This document shows, piece by piece, positions 20,637-32,900 of a DNA stretch of 64,000 bases. Below the pieces are notes generated by a model, which was given only the letters and a program-made list of their open reading frames with translations, had not been told where the DNA came from and made no database searches. How positions within the stretch are numbered: the stretch's first letter is position 1; every line of letters starts with the position of its first letter. The DNA is taken from NCBI GenBank assembly GCA_051599415.1, contig AP039715.1:372001-436000 (forward strand), in the 5' to 3' direction. The stretch is from Savitreella phatthalungensis. Lineage: Eukaryota. A program made the position numbers and the translations under genes.

Positions 20637-23600
20637 ATGGATCCGTCATTCGATCTATCGGATGAGTGGGTGGAACGTGACCGACCTCCCACCATCCAGC
20701 TCGATAATCACCGCAACAACAACAATAATAACATGACACTCCCTGAAGGAACAGACGCCAAATTGAATAGCATGTCTCGCTCAGGGAGCTTGAATGTCCT
20801 CTCGGACAAATCAGCACCAAGACTAAATGTTGAGCGATTTGCAGCTAATGACCTCTTCAAGCGCGGCCGTACACAGCTCGAAAATCTGTTCGAAAGAGGC
20901 GCAACTAGACAGCCAGATACACTCAGTGTCGTTGATGAACACCCCTCACAGGCGGAGACAGAGATCCAACCACCCGTACCAGCAGATAGCAGACCTACAA
21001 CGGCTCAGGCGATCAGAGGTGCTGATGGCATGGTCGCAAACTTCTCCTTTCCAGCAAGACTACAGGAATCTGCAGGCGAGGCCGTGGTCGGCATCAAGCA
21101 CTCCAAGTCTGAAATGATCATTTCAAGCCATCTCACAAGCAATGACAACGCGCCTGACGTTCCTTCACCAGCTGCGATGCCAAGATCAAAGTCAGAGTGG
21201 AACATCCCCACAACACCACAACGATCCCCGGAGAAATCTGCAGTTCTCTCCCCCAGCAAATCCCCTCTCAAGCTCTTCCAGAATGACTACGATACCTTCA
21301 CACAGGACAGAATGAGTCGCGTACTTGGCATGCTCGGTGGTGGCGGTGGGGACAGCTTCAACAACAGTCCCGTCGTTGAAAACATCGGCAAAACAGTCTT
21401 GCCCGAAGCAAATATCACGTCCATCAAGGACAACGGTGACACGCAAAAGACCAACGAGTCTGAAAAGACAAATGAGTCCGGACCTCAGAGAAAGCGTGCA
21501 AAGACGCACGAACCTGTCGGAAGCATCACAACACAGAACTTCATGAACAACGCAGATAATGTGATGGCTCGCATGCGTCTCAAGGGCGGTCTTCTGGGTA
21601 AAGGCTTGCCACGGATAGGAGAGACCTCGATCCTTGGCAGCTCTAGCGCTGGTGTAACACCTGGAATACGCAGGACGTCAAGCGGCTCACATGGAGAACG
21701 CCGCAGATCAGTCAGAATTCGTGACCCATTGTCCACAGCCCCACAGATCAGTGGATTCGAGCCTGTGCCGGAGGAGACTTCGGCAGCCAAGGAATCCGCG
21801 CGACCTACAAGTGGCGGTCTAGCCAGCGTGCGGTCCCACTTCAGCGATTGGACCTCGGAAGGCGGCGGTGGCGAATCCAGAAAAGTCTCGAGCATGACAG
21901 ATCCTGTGCTGACAGAACCGCTTGGTGCATCGACTGTGGTTGGGGGTGCTGCTGACGCAAAAACCAAGCCTGCGGGAATACCTGCCCAGCGGCTTTACTC
22001 GCCTCGTTACAACAACATTCCACCACACCAAAATGCAACGACGATGCGCATGGGCGACATGGTGTACAGTCGGCGGCGGCAGGAGTGGCTACACGCGGAT
22101 GAGTACGATGAAGATGACGAGCGAGCCGAAGCGGACGACGAGCCGCGTCCGCAATCGGGGTACAGCTCACCGAGAAAACAGACGCAGCACCTCAGGCAGC
22201 CCTCAGCTGACCCTCGTGACTATCCAGACGAGCTCGATCTGAGTGACTCTTTTGGTCACGAGAAGGATCAAGAGACAAAGAAACTAGAAAGCTCGTTCAT
22301 CAAGCCAGCAGAGCCCACAAAAATCGACGCCTCCTATCGCAGTAACGTCAGCACGGGATCCAGGCGTTTGACTGTTCAAGAGCTGAGCTTCCACGATGAG
22401 AGACAAGAAGCAATCGATGCAGCAGCTGAGCAGGACATGCTCAGTGCCATCGACGAAGATGAAAGTGCCGGTATACATCAGACTATAGCCAAGCAAATCG
22501 CGCACAGCCCACCTCGGCGTACAGCTGCGGACCTCATCAAGGTCTCGGAGATGATGGACCGCGATACGCATCGTGGCGTCAGTGGCGGAGAGCTGACGTG
22601 CGACATGACGTTCAGTGAGTCGCAGCGGGAACTGGCCAAGGCTGTGGGACTGCAGTATGAGGTCGGCCTCTGGGAGACGGTGACACATCTCGATCTGCGC
22701 AAGTGTAAGCTAGGCAGTGTGCGCGGTCTCGCGGAAATGTGTCCTCACCTGATCGACCTCGACATCTCCGACAACCAACTCGTGCATCTGGATGGTCTGC
22801 CATCGACGCTGCGCGTGCTTTGCGCCGCCGGCAACGAGCTAGACGAAGTCACCTCGTTCGCTCATCTGACAAACCTGCAGGTGCTTGACGTCGAGCGCAA
22901 TTCCCTTCGAGACCTATCCGAATTCGGTCGTCTACCTCACCTGCGCCAGCTAAGTGTCCGGAACAATCAGCTCGAACGACTTGACGGCCTCGACAACCTC
23001 AGCAACCTTCAGTATCTCGACGCGAGCGAGAACCAACTGACTTCCGCTGACTTCAGATTCCTCGAGCTTTATTCCCTCGAGACGCTCGACCTCGCACGTA
23101 ACGCACTGACATCCGTCCAGGGAATTGAGTCACTCATCCGCCTTGTTAAGCTCGATCTGTCCCACAATCACCTGCCAGAGATTCATGTCGAGCAGCCGGT
23201 GGCGCACCTGCGTGTGCTAAAGCTGGCGTCGAATCAGCTAGAGCAATACGACGTCGGAATGTTCCCGAAAGTGCGGGTCCTCTACTTGGACGACAACCGA
23301 CTGCGTGGATTCGGGGCAGGAGCGGCGTCCGTCTCTCCCAACGACACGACCGCGATCGCTCGAACCACCATCACCACGCTCAAGCACCTGGAGAAGTTAT
23401 CACTGCGCCGGAATCCTCTGGTCTGGAGCGAGGTCGATCAAACACTTGTGCGAGAGTGCGAGAGTCTTTACATCGGTGGATGTGCAGTTGGTGATCTGGT
23501 GCTCAGAGAGCAATTCCTGTCGCTCAAGTACCTAGAGATTGCCGGATGTGGACTGCGTCAACTACCCTCAGACCTCGCCCTATACCTGCCCAACCTCCGA

Positions 23601-24173
23601 GTCCTCAACGCCGCCCACAACTCCCTTTCCTCCACCACCGTCGCCGCGGCAATCTCCAGCGGATTCTCCCGGCTCGAGCGACTTCTCCTCCAGCACAACC
23701 GCCTCAAAGACCTCCTCCCACTCCAATCCGCCCTCATCCACACCCGCCTCCGCGTTCTCGATCTCCGAAACAACCCTGTCACCGCAGGTATCGTTCCACC
23801 CACCACCACCACCACCACCCACATCCCACAAGACCGCCCGCGACAACACCAGCGGGACTACTACGCTGTGTTTGATGGAGGCCACTGGAGGGGTGAGAGT
23901 GGTGGTGGTTTGTCTACTGCTGCGACTGCTGGCGATGAGGAGGAGGAGAGTGAGATGTTCAAAGGTCTGATGTCACCGCGAGCGAAAGCGAGGAGGGAAG
24001 CTTACACTGCCTGCCTCGTAGGCTCGCTTCCGCGGCTGACGATGCTCGATGGAGAGCGTGTAGGGGTGGAAGTGGATGAAGACGAAGGGAGAGCGGTCAA
24101 GGAGAGAGCAAAGGCGATGGCAGCGAAAGCAGATCGATTGGCACAATCACTTGTTGAGACTGCGCAAATTTGA
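20637..24173 (+). CDS. CDC11: SIN/MEN spindle-pole-body scaffold with C-terminal LRRs (Cdc11/Nud1)
   Basis: N-terminal 'DLSDEWVE', 'SPLKLFQNDYDTFTQDRMSRVL', 'ITTQNFMNNADNVMARMR', 'GDMVYSRRRQEW', followed by many SDS22-type LRRs and an LRR cap 'LPRLTMLDGERV'. Confidence 0.88.
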   Translation: MDPSFDLSDEWVERDRPPTIQLDNHRNNNNNNMTLPEGTDAKLNSMSRSGSLNVLSDKSAPRLNVERFAANDLFKRGRTQLENLFERGATRQPDTLSVVDEHPSQAETEIQPPVPADSRPTTAQAIRGADGMVANFSFPARLQESAGEAVVGIKHSKSEMIISSHLTSNDNAPDVPSPAAMPRSKSEWNIPTTPQRSPEKSAVLSPSKSPLKLFQNDYDTFTQDRMSRVLGMLGGGGGDSFNNSPVVENIGKTVLPEANITSIKDNGDTQKTNESEKTNESGPQRKRAKTHEPVGSITTQNFMNNADNVMARMRLKGGLLGKGLPRIGETSILGSSSAGVTPGIRRTSSGSHGERRRSVRIRDPLSTAPQISGFEPVPEETSAAKESARPTSGGLASVRSHFSDWTSEGGGGESRKVSSMTDPVLTEPLGASTVVGGAADAKTKPAGIPAQRLYSPRYNNIPPHQNATTMRMGDMVYSRRRQEWLHADEYDEDDERAEADDEPRPQSGYSSPRKQTQHLRQPSADPRDYPDELDLSDSFGHEKDQETKKLESSFIKPAEPTKIDASYRSNVSTGSRRLTVQELSFHDERQEAIDAAAEQDMLSAIDEDESAGIHQTIAKQIAHSPPRRTAADLIKVSEMMDRDTHRGVSGGELTCDMTFSESQRELAKAVGLQYEVGLWETVTHLDLRKCKLGSVRGLAEMCPHLIDLDISDNQLVHLDGLPSTLRVLCAAGNELDEVTSFAHLTNLQVLDVERNSLRDLSEFGRLPHLRQLSVRNNQLERLDGLDNLSNLQYLDASENQLTSADFRFLELYSLETLDLARNALTSVQGIESLIRLVKLDLSHNHLPEIHVEQPVAHLRVLKLASNQLEQYDVGMFPKVRVLYLDDNRLRGFGAGAASVSPNDTTAIARTTITTLKHLEKLSLRRNPLVWSEVDQTLVRECESLYIGGCAVGDLVLREQFLSLKYLEIAGCGLRQLPSDLALYLPNLRVLNAAHNSLSSTTVAAAISSGFSRLERLLLQHNRLKDLLPLQSALIHTRLRVLDLRNNPVTAGIVPPTTTTTTHIPQDRPRQHQRDYYAVFDGGHWRGESGGGLSTAATAGDEEEESEMFKGLMSPRAKARREAYTACLVGSLPRLTMLDGERVGVEVDEDEGRAVKERAKAMAAKADRLAQSLVETAQI

Positions 24174-24239
24174 AGACACGAGAGAGGAGGTAAGAGTAAG
24201 TGAGGAAGTGATTTATTTATAATTCTCATCAAATTTTTG

Positions 24240-25847
24240 TCAGCGAAGACCCATGTATGCTTTGCTCTTCTCGTAGACGAGGTAGCTGATGCTGACGGAA
24301 GGTATGACCTTCATGAGGTTGGGCACCAGGCCTCTGAACAGGCCCCGGTAGCCTTCACGCTGGATGCAGCGGTTGAAGACGTCTAGGAGACCTGTGTAGG
24401 TGGCTGGGTGGGCTGAGGTCCCTTGTGCCTGCAGACGCGTTCGGAGGAGGTTGAGCGGGTAGACGAGTGATGCGCCAAAGGCGCCTGACGATGCGCCAAA
24501 CGACAACACCAAGGCGTTTGGTACATCGACGTCCGCCGGATCAAGTTTCAACCTTTTCGCCTTGGACGCAATGTATGACCGCTTCAGAAGCTCGAATGTG
24601 CCCAAGTCGATCGACGAGTACGGGATGATGCCGACAATGCCTAGCGGCAGGCCACGGTAGAATGCTCGGATACCGTTCTGCTGCCACATCTTCCGAGCGA
24701 CGTTGATGACGAGGCTTCGTGACCGCTGTTCTTCGCGCGACAGGTAGCCTGGTCCGGAACATTGTACTCGGAATTTAAGCGTGTCTAGAGGGTATACTGC
24801 TGCTTGAGAGATGGCTCCGGCCATTCCACCAGCTAGAAACCGTGAGGCGGAAGAGAGTTCGTCAAGGGAGTCTCGTCCTGCGAGCAGCCGCTTTGCTGCC
24901 TCGTACGACCCGAATTTGATAGCCGATTCAGGGAAGATCTTGAGCACGTTCAGTCCGTTGCCGACGAAGAATGACTTCAGCCCGCCGTCCTGGTAGATGT
25001 GCCGTACGACAGCAGAAATCACGGACCCTGGAGAATGTGCGCCTGGTCGTGATGATGATGCTGCCGCTGCTGCTGTAGGTACATCGGTCGCAGCGATGAG
25101 CGCGACTTTGAGTCGATCGAAAGGCGCCGTCGCTGTTCTCGATGCTGCTCCTGCAAGTCCGCCTGCGAGGAAGTAGCCGAGCGACTGGAGGGCTTCGTCT
25201 GTGATGAGGACGTCTCCATCAGAGCTGACTTGATGTGTCGAGCTGAAGTAGAGGAAGACGTTCCGGATGTCTGGCATGCGTTCGGGCAGGAAGAGCAGAA
25301 AATCCCGCCACTCCTCGAACGTGATGTAACCATCATCATTGGCGTCCATGGCAGAGAACATGGCTTTCATCTCTGAATCGCTCGAGTGAACGCCTGCCTT
25401 GTGCAATGCACGCTGAATCTCAAACTTCTTCAGCCGGCCTTGATGGAGGACATCGAGCTGATTGTACAATCGCCGTAATTTTCCCTCGGTCTCGAGCACG
25501 AAATCCCGGAATTCTTCGGGCGTGATGGTGCCGTCATTGCCACTGTCCATATGGTCAAAGACCTCATGCAGAAGTCTATCTGCGGATGCGAGCGGGTGAT
25601 CTAGTTTCTCGAAGCCTTTTCGGAGATCGTCGATTGAGCAAAGCTTTCCCTGTTTCCGTGTATCTAGCGTATCAAAAAGTTTGTGTATCCTCTCGTCTCG
25701 TTTCCGTCTGTCTGCGTTAATCTGGCGGTGGTGTTCGTCATCGATGTGATGTTGGTCAGCTGATTGTGTCGAAGTGAAGGAATGTGCTTCTGCCGTCTTT
25801 GTGGCTTCTGAAAGAGTAAAGCCTGGCCCTGTTCGTGTTGATGACAT
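24240..25847 (-). CDS. SAL1: Calcium-binding mitochondrial ATP-Mg/Pi carrier (Sal1/SCaMC)
   Basis: N-terminal EF-hands ('DSGNDGTITPEEF', 'DANDDGYITFEEW') plus three carrier repeats ('PFDRLK', 'PLDTLK', 'PLNLLRTRLQAQG'). Confidence 0.96.
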   Translation of the reverse strand: MSSTRTGPGFTLSEATKTAEAHSFTSTQSADQHHIDDEHHRQINADRRKRDERIHKLFDTLDTRKQGKLCSIDDLRKGFEKLDHPLASADRLLHEVFDHMDSGNDGTITPEEFRDFVLETEGKLRRLYNQLDVLHQGRLKKFEIQRALHKAGVHSSDSEMKAMFSAMDANDDGYITFEEWRDFLLFLPERMPDIRNVFLYFSSTHQVSSDGDVLITDEALQSLGYFLAGGLAGAASRTATAPFDRLKVALIAATDVPTAAAAASSSRPGAHSPGSVISAVVRHIYQDGGLKSFFVGNGLNVLKIFPESAIKFGSYEAAKRLLAGRDSLDELSSASRFLAGGMAGAISQAAVYPLDTLKFRVQCSGPGYLSREEQRSRSLVINVARKMWQQNGIRAFYRGLPLGIVGIIPYSSIDLGTFELLKRSYIASKAKRLKLDPADVDVPNALVLSFGASSGAFGASLVYPLNLLRTRLQAQGTSAHPATYTGLLDVFNRCIQREGYRGLFRGLVPNLMKVIPSVSISYLVYEKSKAYMGLR

Positions 25848-27784
25848 AGCTCAGCTGGGATTTCTGGGTCCTGTATGTAGTGAGGCACACGGGTCAGGTG
25901 AGAAAGATGCAAACTGGTGATCAAGATTTTGATGGATGATTCATCGTGACTTGACTAGATATGGTCGAGCGCTTGGGTGATGTTCCATGAAGGAACTGAA
26001 GCGTCTTGTTTTGTGCTGATGAAGCAGGTGCCTGGTGTGGTTTTGAGGATGACGCAGTAGAATAGATTAATAGGGGTGGAGTGAATATCCAAAGTAGATG
26101 ATTGTGACTCCGAGGAAGATGAAGATTGGAATGAGGTCGATAAAAGCGAGAGTGTTTGACTCTTTGAGTGGGAGAAGACCTGTTGAGGATGGTTCTATAT
26201 TTTGTTAGGTGCAATGGAGGTTTGATCGAGGCTTTGAGGATGATGATGCGTGAATGTGCAAGAGACATGTACACAGGTTACGGCATGCTTCATTTTCCTG
26301 CATCTGAATTGGAATTTGCATTTGCATCGACATGCTGACTCGCTGACTGCCTGGCTGTGGTGGATGAATGAAATTTATAATTGCATGGATGCACGGATGG
26401 TCGCATGAAGGATGGATGCATGTCATCATGGTGCTGACATTTTCGGTAGCTCAGATCTGGTTTACTCGCTGTTCTGCTTCATGCACTCAATCGAAGTACT
26501 GAAACTATGCAAGAAAGAGTGAAGCAACTGCGGAGTCCATCTATACATGCATCGATCCATCCATTCATCCGTCCACTATATACAGTATCTAGCTACAGAC
26601 TTACTCACACAAAACTTGTTCTCCACAGCATAGGTTCACAGCATGTAGCAATAATGTACGTGTAGACCGTCTAGTCAGCACGGGTACACATACGCGGGAT
26701 CCATCCTTCTTTCGAGCATAGCCCTTTAGTGACTCACGGACACTGTGAACGCAGGCTTGATGTGTTGTATGGGTCTACTGCACAAGCATGAAGTTCAGAA
26801 CCCAGGTCAAGACTGTTCCTTGCTTCTTCAATTGCAATTTCTCAAGTGATTGCTACCAGACTCTCAAATCAGAAGATGGATGCATGCATGATGAATCAGC
26901 CAATTGATATGTGATAGAGTGACTGACGTGCAATGGGATAAATGGGGAGTAATTCTGGCTTCTCAAGTTGTTGACCTGGAAGAGGTTTGTGTTGTGCATG
27001 TTGCAAGTCTTACATTGGGTTAGTGTAGTGGGCGTGGATGAGACCAGCTCAAACATTTCCATGCATCCATCCATTCATGTCATACATGTTTTCAATTTGC
27101 CAGATGTATATAGACTGCAAATAACATACAGTACAAGATCATATGGCTGATGAATGCAGATGAAGAATCCAAAATGATATCCAGCGGATTTGAGAGCTCA
27201 GATGCACTCAACCCAGATCGCATGTGCTGCACATGTGAGTTTGGAATATTGAACCAACATGCAGATTTGAGATCTCTCTCAGACATATCTAAAGTGGAGC
27301 CGGCTCGTTCAAGTGCTTCACCATCAATCGTACCCCGTCCCCTGTAGCCATATGCCCGTGATCGAGATCTCGAGTACTGGTGACAGCCAAAGCACATATT
27401 TATGCACGCGGCAACAGATGTCATCATTCACGTCTCCATGAACATCGCAACAAATCTCGCCTTCGTAACGTTTCTCGTCTCTTCTGACCTGCAAATATCG
27501 CTTGAATTTCTCTAGTCACACTATCGACCCCGAGAGTGACGTCTCTGGCTGTTTACAAGAATAGTACCGTTTTTACTCTCTCTCAAGTGCTCGCTTGAGA
27601 GCCGTATTCCAGCGAGCCGTAATTTGAGGACAACCAGACGAATTGCACTGGACCTCCAACTGCACGCTTTATCCAAGAGCCGGTTGAGAAGTCCAGTTCT
27701 GAACACTGAGCAGCCACCAAAGCCGATCAAGGTCTACTCTATGTCTACGCATCTACACGTCCAGTCCTCATCCTTTCCCACTCC

Positions 27785-29737
27785 ATGAGCACAACTTGGG
27801 CGGCCTCTACCCAGAGGTGAGATTCTTCACCAAACGCTCCCAATTCTGCTCTACTGACACTGACTTTCAGGTCGCACTGGACCTTCGAATGGCCAGAACT
27901 CAAAAGATCCAGGCGGAGAGATTACGCCTACATGACCAGAGACGAGTATAGGGCTATTCAGATCTGGCTTTATGACTGTATGTCATCCCATAAACGGAGC
28001 ATCCTTGCAACACGACTAACATACACAGTGCTCCGACAGCTGGCCAAACGGCTCGACGTCCGCCAACGTACGGTGGCAACAGCTGCCGTCTTCCTCACCC
28101 GCTTCTATACCCGCGCCTCTCTGCTCGAGACTGATCCAGTACTGATGTGCGCTGCAGCGCTTTATCTGTCAAGCAAAGTGTGCGAGTCGCCCCTACACAT
28201 CCGAACGCTCACTCACGAAGCATACCTACTCTGGGGCGGGGCGACTTTCGGGTTTGTGGAGGAAGTGGGTCGGGTTGGAGAAGCAGAATTCTTCCTGATC
28301 TCAGAACTAGATGCAGAATTGGTTCTCCACCTTCCCTACGCCGCACTTGAACTCGTATCCGATGAGGACACCTCTAATGCCCTCCAGGCTCAGGACATTC
28401 AGGCTGCCTGGAGCTTGGTCAACTTCTGCTACGCCAGCGACGTGCCGTTGCTCTTCCCACCGCACATCATTGCCATGGCCTGCCTTTCAATCGTAATAAC
28501 TTCTCGCGAAACAGCTATTCCCGGGAACTCGAGGAATGGCGCGTCTGTCTCGACAAATTCGCCTTCGGTCAAGCCGAAACCGGTTTCTCGTGCAAAGAAC
28601 AAGAATGCGGCGCCGGGTACAGTGGCTGGCAAGACAGTACCTGGCATGGACGCACTGAAGTCGAGTTCGTACCTACAGAGACTATTCGAAACCAAGCTAG
28701 TCGACCCGACAGCTGTGGCGCGCTGTTGCCAGCACATCATATCCCTTGATATGTTTGCACGCTCCCATTATGTCGTCACACCGCTTCAGCCAAGTCCTGA
28801 AGACATCCTACCTGGTACCTCAGGCTCGACCTCTGCGAATGGCAGCGGAGCTCAACCGAATGCAGACACATCTGCATTGAGCAAATCGAGTAAAAAGCGC
28901 TCTGCGTCTGCGATGGAGACGCCACCTGTCGCAGCACACGACCTGAAGGCCAACAGCAGTGGTAGCAATGGTCAGGACGACACAGCAGAGCCGATCGTCA
29001 TGGATCCTCGCAAGATTCTAGTACGAGCTCGCGGTCTGTGGGAGCGCGACGTCGCGACGGGGGTATCCTCACATCCCGCGGCACACTCCCAACGACAGCC
29101 TGTTTCGACGGGGTCTGCGGCTGCGGCCGCCACAGCGTCCACTCACCCAGGAGGTGTGACAACGATGGCGAGCACCGGCACATCAATCCCATCAGCCGCA
29201 TCATTCGCACAATCCGCACCGCAAGGAATTTCTGAAATGGAACTCCGAGCTCGTGCGATCCACGCCTACCACGAGGCACAGCAACACCACCAGCATCATC
29301 CACCTAACCCGATCTCTCAGCCCACGCACGCCAGCAGACTACAGGAACGGCTGGCTGCGATGGCGCACGGTGGCGGTGGCGGTAGTAGTGGGTCTCCTGG
29401 ATTTGGTGTGGCTGGCTCATCGCCGCTGAGTCGACCTGCGTCTGCGGCTTCCTTGAACCCGCAACGGGTCGCACAGGACACCGGCGGCGTTGCTGGACCG
29501 ACTGCCGAGTCACCGGCGCTCGAAGTGCCAGAGGTCGGTGAGATCCACTACGGCATCTCCTCCTTCAATGGCCCGAGCTACGGCATCCCCTCAGACCCCT
29601 CACTCACTCTCACAACACACCAGGACACCTCACGTGCGCACACCACACCCTCACACGATCATCCTGCTCACGATGCCGCAACCAAACGCCAAAAGACGTA
29701 CGACGACAAGGATATCGACGTGATCGACATTGACTGA
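27785..29737 (+). CDS. SSN8: Cyclin C (Mediator CDK8-module cyclin), 3 exons: 27785-27816, 27871-27977, 28029-29737; ~615 aa
   Basis: Spliced N-terminus 'MSTTWAASTQRSHWTF' matches cyclin C; cyclin box 'LAKRLDVRQRTVATAAVFLTRFY...ALYLSSKVCESPLHIR', 'EAEFFLISELDAELVLHLPY', 'AWSLVN..YASDVPLLFPPHIIA'. Confidence 0.92.
27817..27870 (+). other. Spliceosomal intron 1 of cyclin C (54 nt)
   Basis: GTGAGA...ACTGAC...TTTCAG; removal joins the conserved STQR-SHW motif in frame. Confidence 0.9.
27978..28028 (+). other. Spliceosomal intron 2 of cyclin C (51 nt, in-frame, stop-free)
   Basis: GTATGT...GACTAAC ATACACAG; removal deletes 17 non-conserved residues ahead of the cyclin box. Confidence 0.85.
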
Positions 29738-29904
29738 ACGGGATGGCGTGATGATGGTCTCCGGGTTGTAGCTTGCTAAAGGGGCATCGCCCAGGGATCG
29801 ACCATGAATGAAGATGACGATGACGATCGTAAATTAATAGGCTATAGCCAGCAATGGTTCTCTTATGTATGCAAATTTGGTGTGGTACAAATATGGTGTT
29901 AGGA

Positions 29905-32900
29905 TCAAATGTCGACGCCCTGCGATGGATCGCGTGTTGGCGTGCCAGGCTCGATTGGTGAGGAGGTCGCTCGTGGAAGGTTGTTGTTCAGAAGCGAGCG
30001 TTCTGAAAGGAGGTGGAAGGACGAGTCAGCCGATCGACCTTGGTTTGCACCCACACCCGCAGGCGTTCGCACCGGAGACGAGCGACGAGAACCTCGTCGG
30101 GAGGGTTTCGGCGTAGCAGAGTGACTGCTAGAAGCGTTCCCGCTCGACGAGCCGACCACGGTCTGCAGGTTCGCAGACCGGATGCCCGGTGTGCCGGGCT
30201 TGCTGTTGCTGCGGCTCTGGTGGAGACCCGTGGAGGCGCGTGATAGTACGGGTCGATCGGACAGGCTGCCGCCGTTCAGGCCTGAGTTGTGACGACGCAG
30301 CTCACGAAGCACGTCCGCCAGCTGGTGTTCGAGGCGTGACATCCGTGCTGACCCACCGCGCACACCTTGTTCGATGCCTTCCACTCGGTTCAGCAACAAA
30401 CGCTGGACGACCGACAGTGCATTAGTCTGCGATGAGCCAGCGTAATCATCGTCGTTATTCTGCGCAACACGCCCGCCATCGCGGCCGAGGAATTCTGCTC
30501 GCATGCCTGCGGCCGCGTGGGCGGCCAGTTGGGTGGCTAGCGAAGTCGATAGCAGATTGGCCCCGGCTGCAGCATACTCTGCGTCAGCAGCAGCATCAGA
30601 TACCCGCCGTCGGGTCGCGCTGTCGCTAGCGCGCATGCCTGTCCGCGGAGTACCCTCACGCGAGATGTCTAAGGCGTGCAAGCGCGTGGTGGGATTGCCT
30701 CTGGCTGCGGAGGCGGCGGCAGTAGCTAGCAGCTCAGCTGCATACGCGCTCGGAGTCCTGCTCGGCAGTGACCTTGGCTCGCCACCAGACGCTGTTCTGC
30801 CGATCGCTGAGAGCGGCGGCCTGTTGCGCATCCGTGCGGCCACCTCCTCCTCAGCAGCGGAAGTAATCCAGTCGCTTGACTCGCTGTGCCTTGCACCTGC
30901 AGACGGTGGACGACGGGGTTGACTATTGATGCCATAAGGTCGAGCTGTCGAAGTGCTGGAGTTACGAGCATGGCTGGCCTGTCGCGTATCGCTTGTCAGC
31001 TCAACATCAGACTCATCATCGCCGGCTGCTCCGGTTTCTCCCTGAGTCATTTCGTCGTCACCAGACTCGTCGCCGTCGCTGACGGCATCAACTGTTTGCG
31101 AGCGCTTCTGGAAGCGCATCGACCGTGGCTTCGCAAACCTGATCACTGGCGACCGGCCATTGCTGTCTCCAGCCTGCTTTCTCACTTGCACTGGCTGAAT
31201 GCCGGGCTGATCGAGATGATCAGCTTCGTCATCTTCGTCGAAAGCCAACGAACGATCGATCGTCGCTTGCCTGCGAGGGGCAAAGGTACTGCTTCTCTCG
31301 ACCGCTTGGATATATCGATGATTCACGATACCAGTTGTGGTGTTTCCGCGGCGCACATTCGGTCGGCTCGCGGCTGGAGGAAGAGCAAATGAATCGTTCT
31401 GCAGGCCTCGCAGATCGGCCATGTCTTCTACCGCGACTGACGATGCTGCATTCGGTGAAAATGGCGGTGGATTGCCACTGACTTGATTGACCCAATCATC
31501 AGTTCTCGGATCATGCGCGTGCTTCGGTGGGCCATTGCGACGCACAGATGCGATCCCATGCCCAGAATTGGCGAAGAAGTCTGCCATACCTGGTTTTTGT
31601 TGTCGTCGACTGGTGTTGCCAGCGAAGACCTGCTGCAAAACGCTTTGGGAGAATTGCTGCGCTGCATCAGATTCGCGCCTACGCGAGAAGAAACCCGTGC
31701 TTGGCTGACGATGCCCAGTAGTGATATCAATACCACCATTCTGCATCGTCTCGATCGACACTGAGCGCGTCAAAAGCAGATCGGCTGGAACAAATGCCCT
31801 AGGTCGCAAGTAGAAGCGCTCGTACAGGTAAATTGCTGCTAGAGCTGGGAAATGCAGGACCTTGATGAAGTAGCGATTCAGCCTGATCCATGACTCGCGC
31901 GGCATGATGAAGATGAGCGGGGCGAGAGCCCATTCTATTAAGTTGAAAGGCGCCTGATAGAAGAACAGAGCATCGGACTTCACGGCCAATACTGTGTTCA
32001 AGGCGAACAGGTATTGGTGTTCTTCGTGCGCGTTTGCGATGACCTTTGAGAACGTTGTAGAGAGTACAGAGACGAGGATTGTGACGACAAGGTAGTTGGT
32101 ATTGATCATGAAGGTGATCAAGAGGATTTTGCCGATCCAGTTGATCTCCGGCAGGAGAGCCCACGCTGCTGGCGAGAAGCCAAAGATGAGTTGTAGGAGT
32201 TTGAAGGCTACCTCTTTTGCAGAATAGAGATTGCGAGCGAATGCGAGTGAGATAGCAAGGAAAAAGCCTGCGAAGAAGATGAGGATGAAGATGACCGAGG
32301 TCACGAGGTCGACGGCCATGCGTTGGAAGGCAATGAGCATCTGGCTGAATTGACGCGTGTGGTCGAGCGCAGAGAACAATCTCGGGACGAGAAAGACTGT
32401 GTTGACAGCGAGGATGTCATACGCGAAATATGCCATGTCGTCGTTCTCGCCTGTCCAGTAGAACAACCCGTAGACCCGGAGCACGAAAAAGCCAATGAAG
32501 AACATCAAGGTCAGGAGGTCGAAAGCGTTCCACAGATTCGACAAGAATAAGGTTGATCCTGTCGAGTTGAGACCGACCAGTTCATCGACCATGAAACCAA
32601 AGGCATAGACAACCATGACAATCTCGAAGGGTCGCAGAGTTCGCTCTCTTTCGAGCAGAACTGCAATGACGAGGCCAAGAAGAATCGCAAAAGAAAGCGT
32701 CTGCATCCAATGACGGTATCTTGGGACGCGTAATCGAGAAAGCTTAAACAGAGAGGCCTCGCGCGCATCATAGGTCGTGGCTGCTTTACGCATATTATGA
32801 GGCAGGAACATGGCATCCTTGTCGGATGCTCCATAGAAGACAATGTTGCCCTTCCAGATGTGCTCGAGAACCTGAACGACGATTGGTGTCGAAAGGAACT

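Noticed and set aside
23539..23970. Pro/His/Gly-rich alternative-frame ORFs in CDC11 (also at 13306-13872)
   Set aside because: They are by-products of C-rich codon usage and (CAC)n tracts in the real genes.
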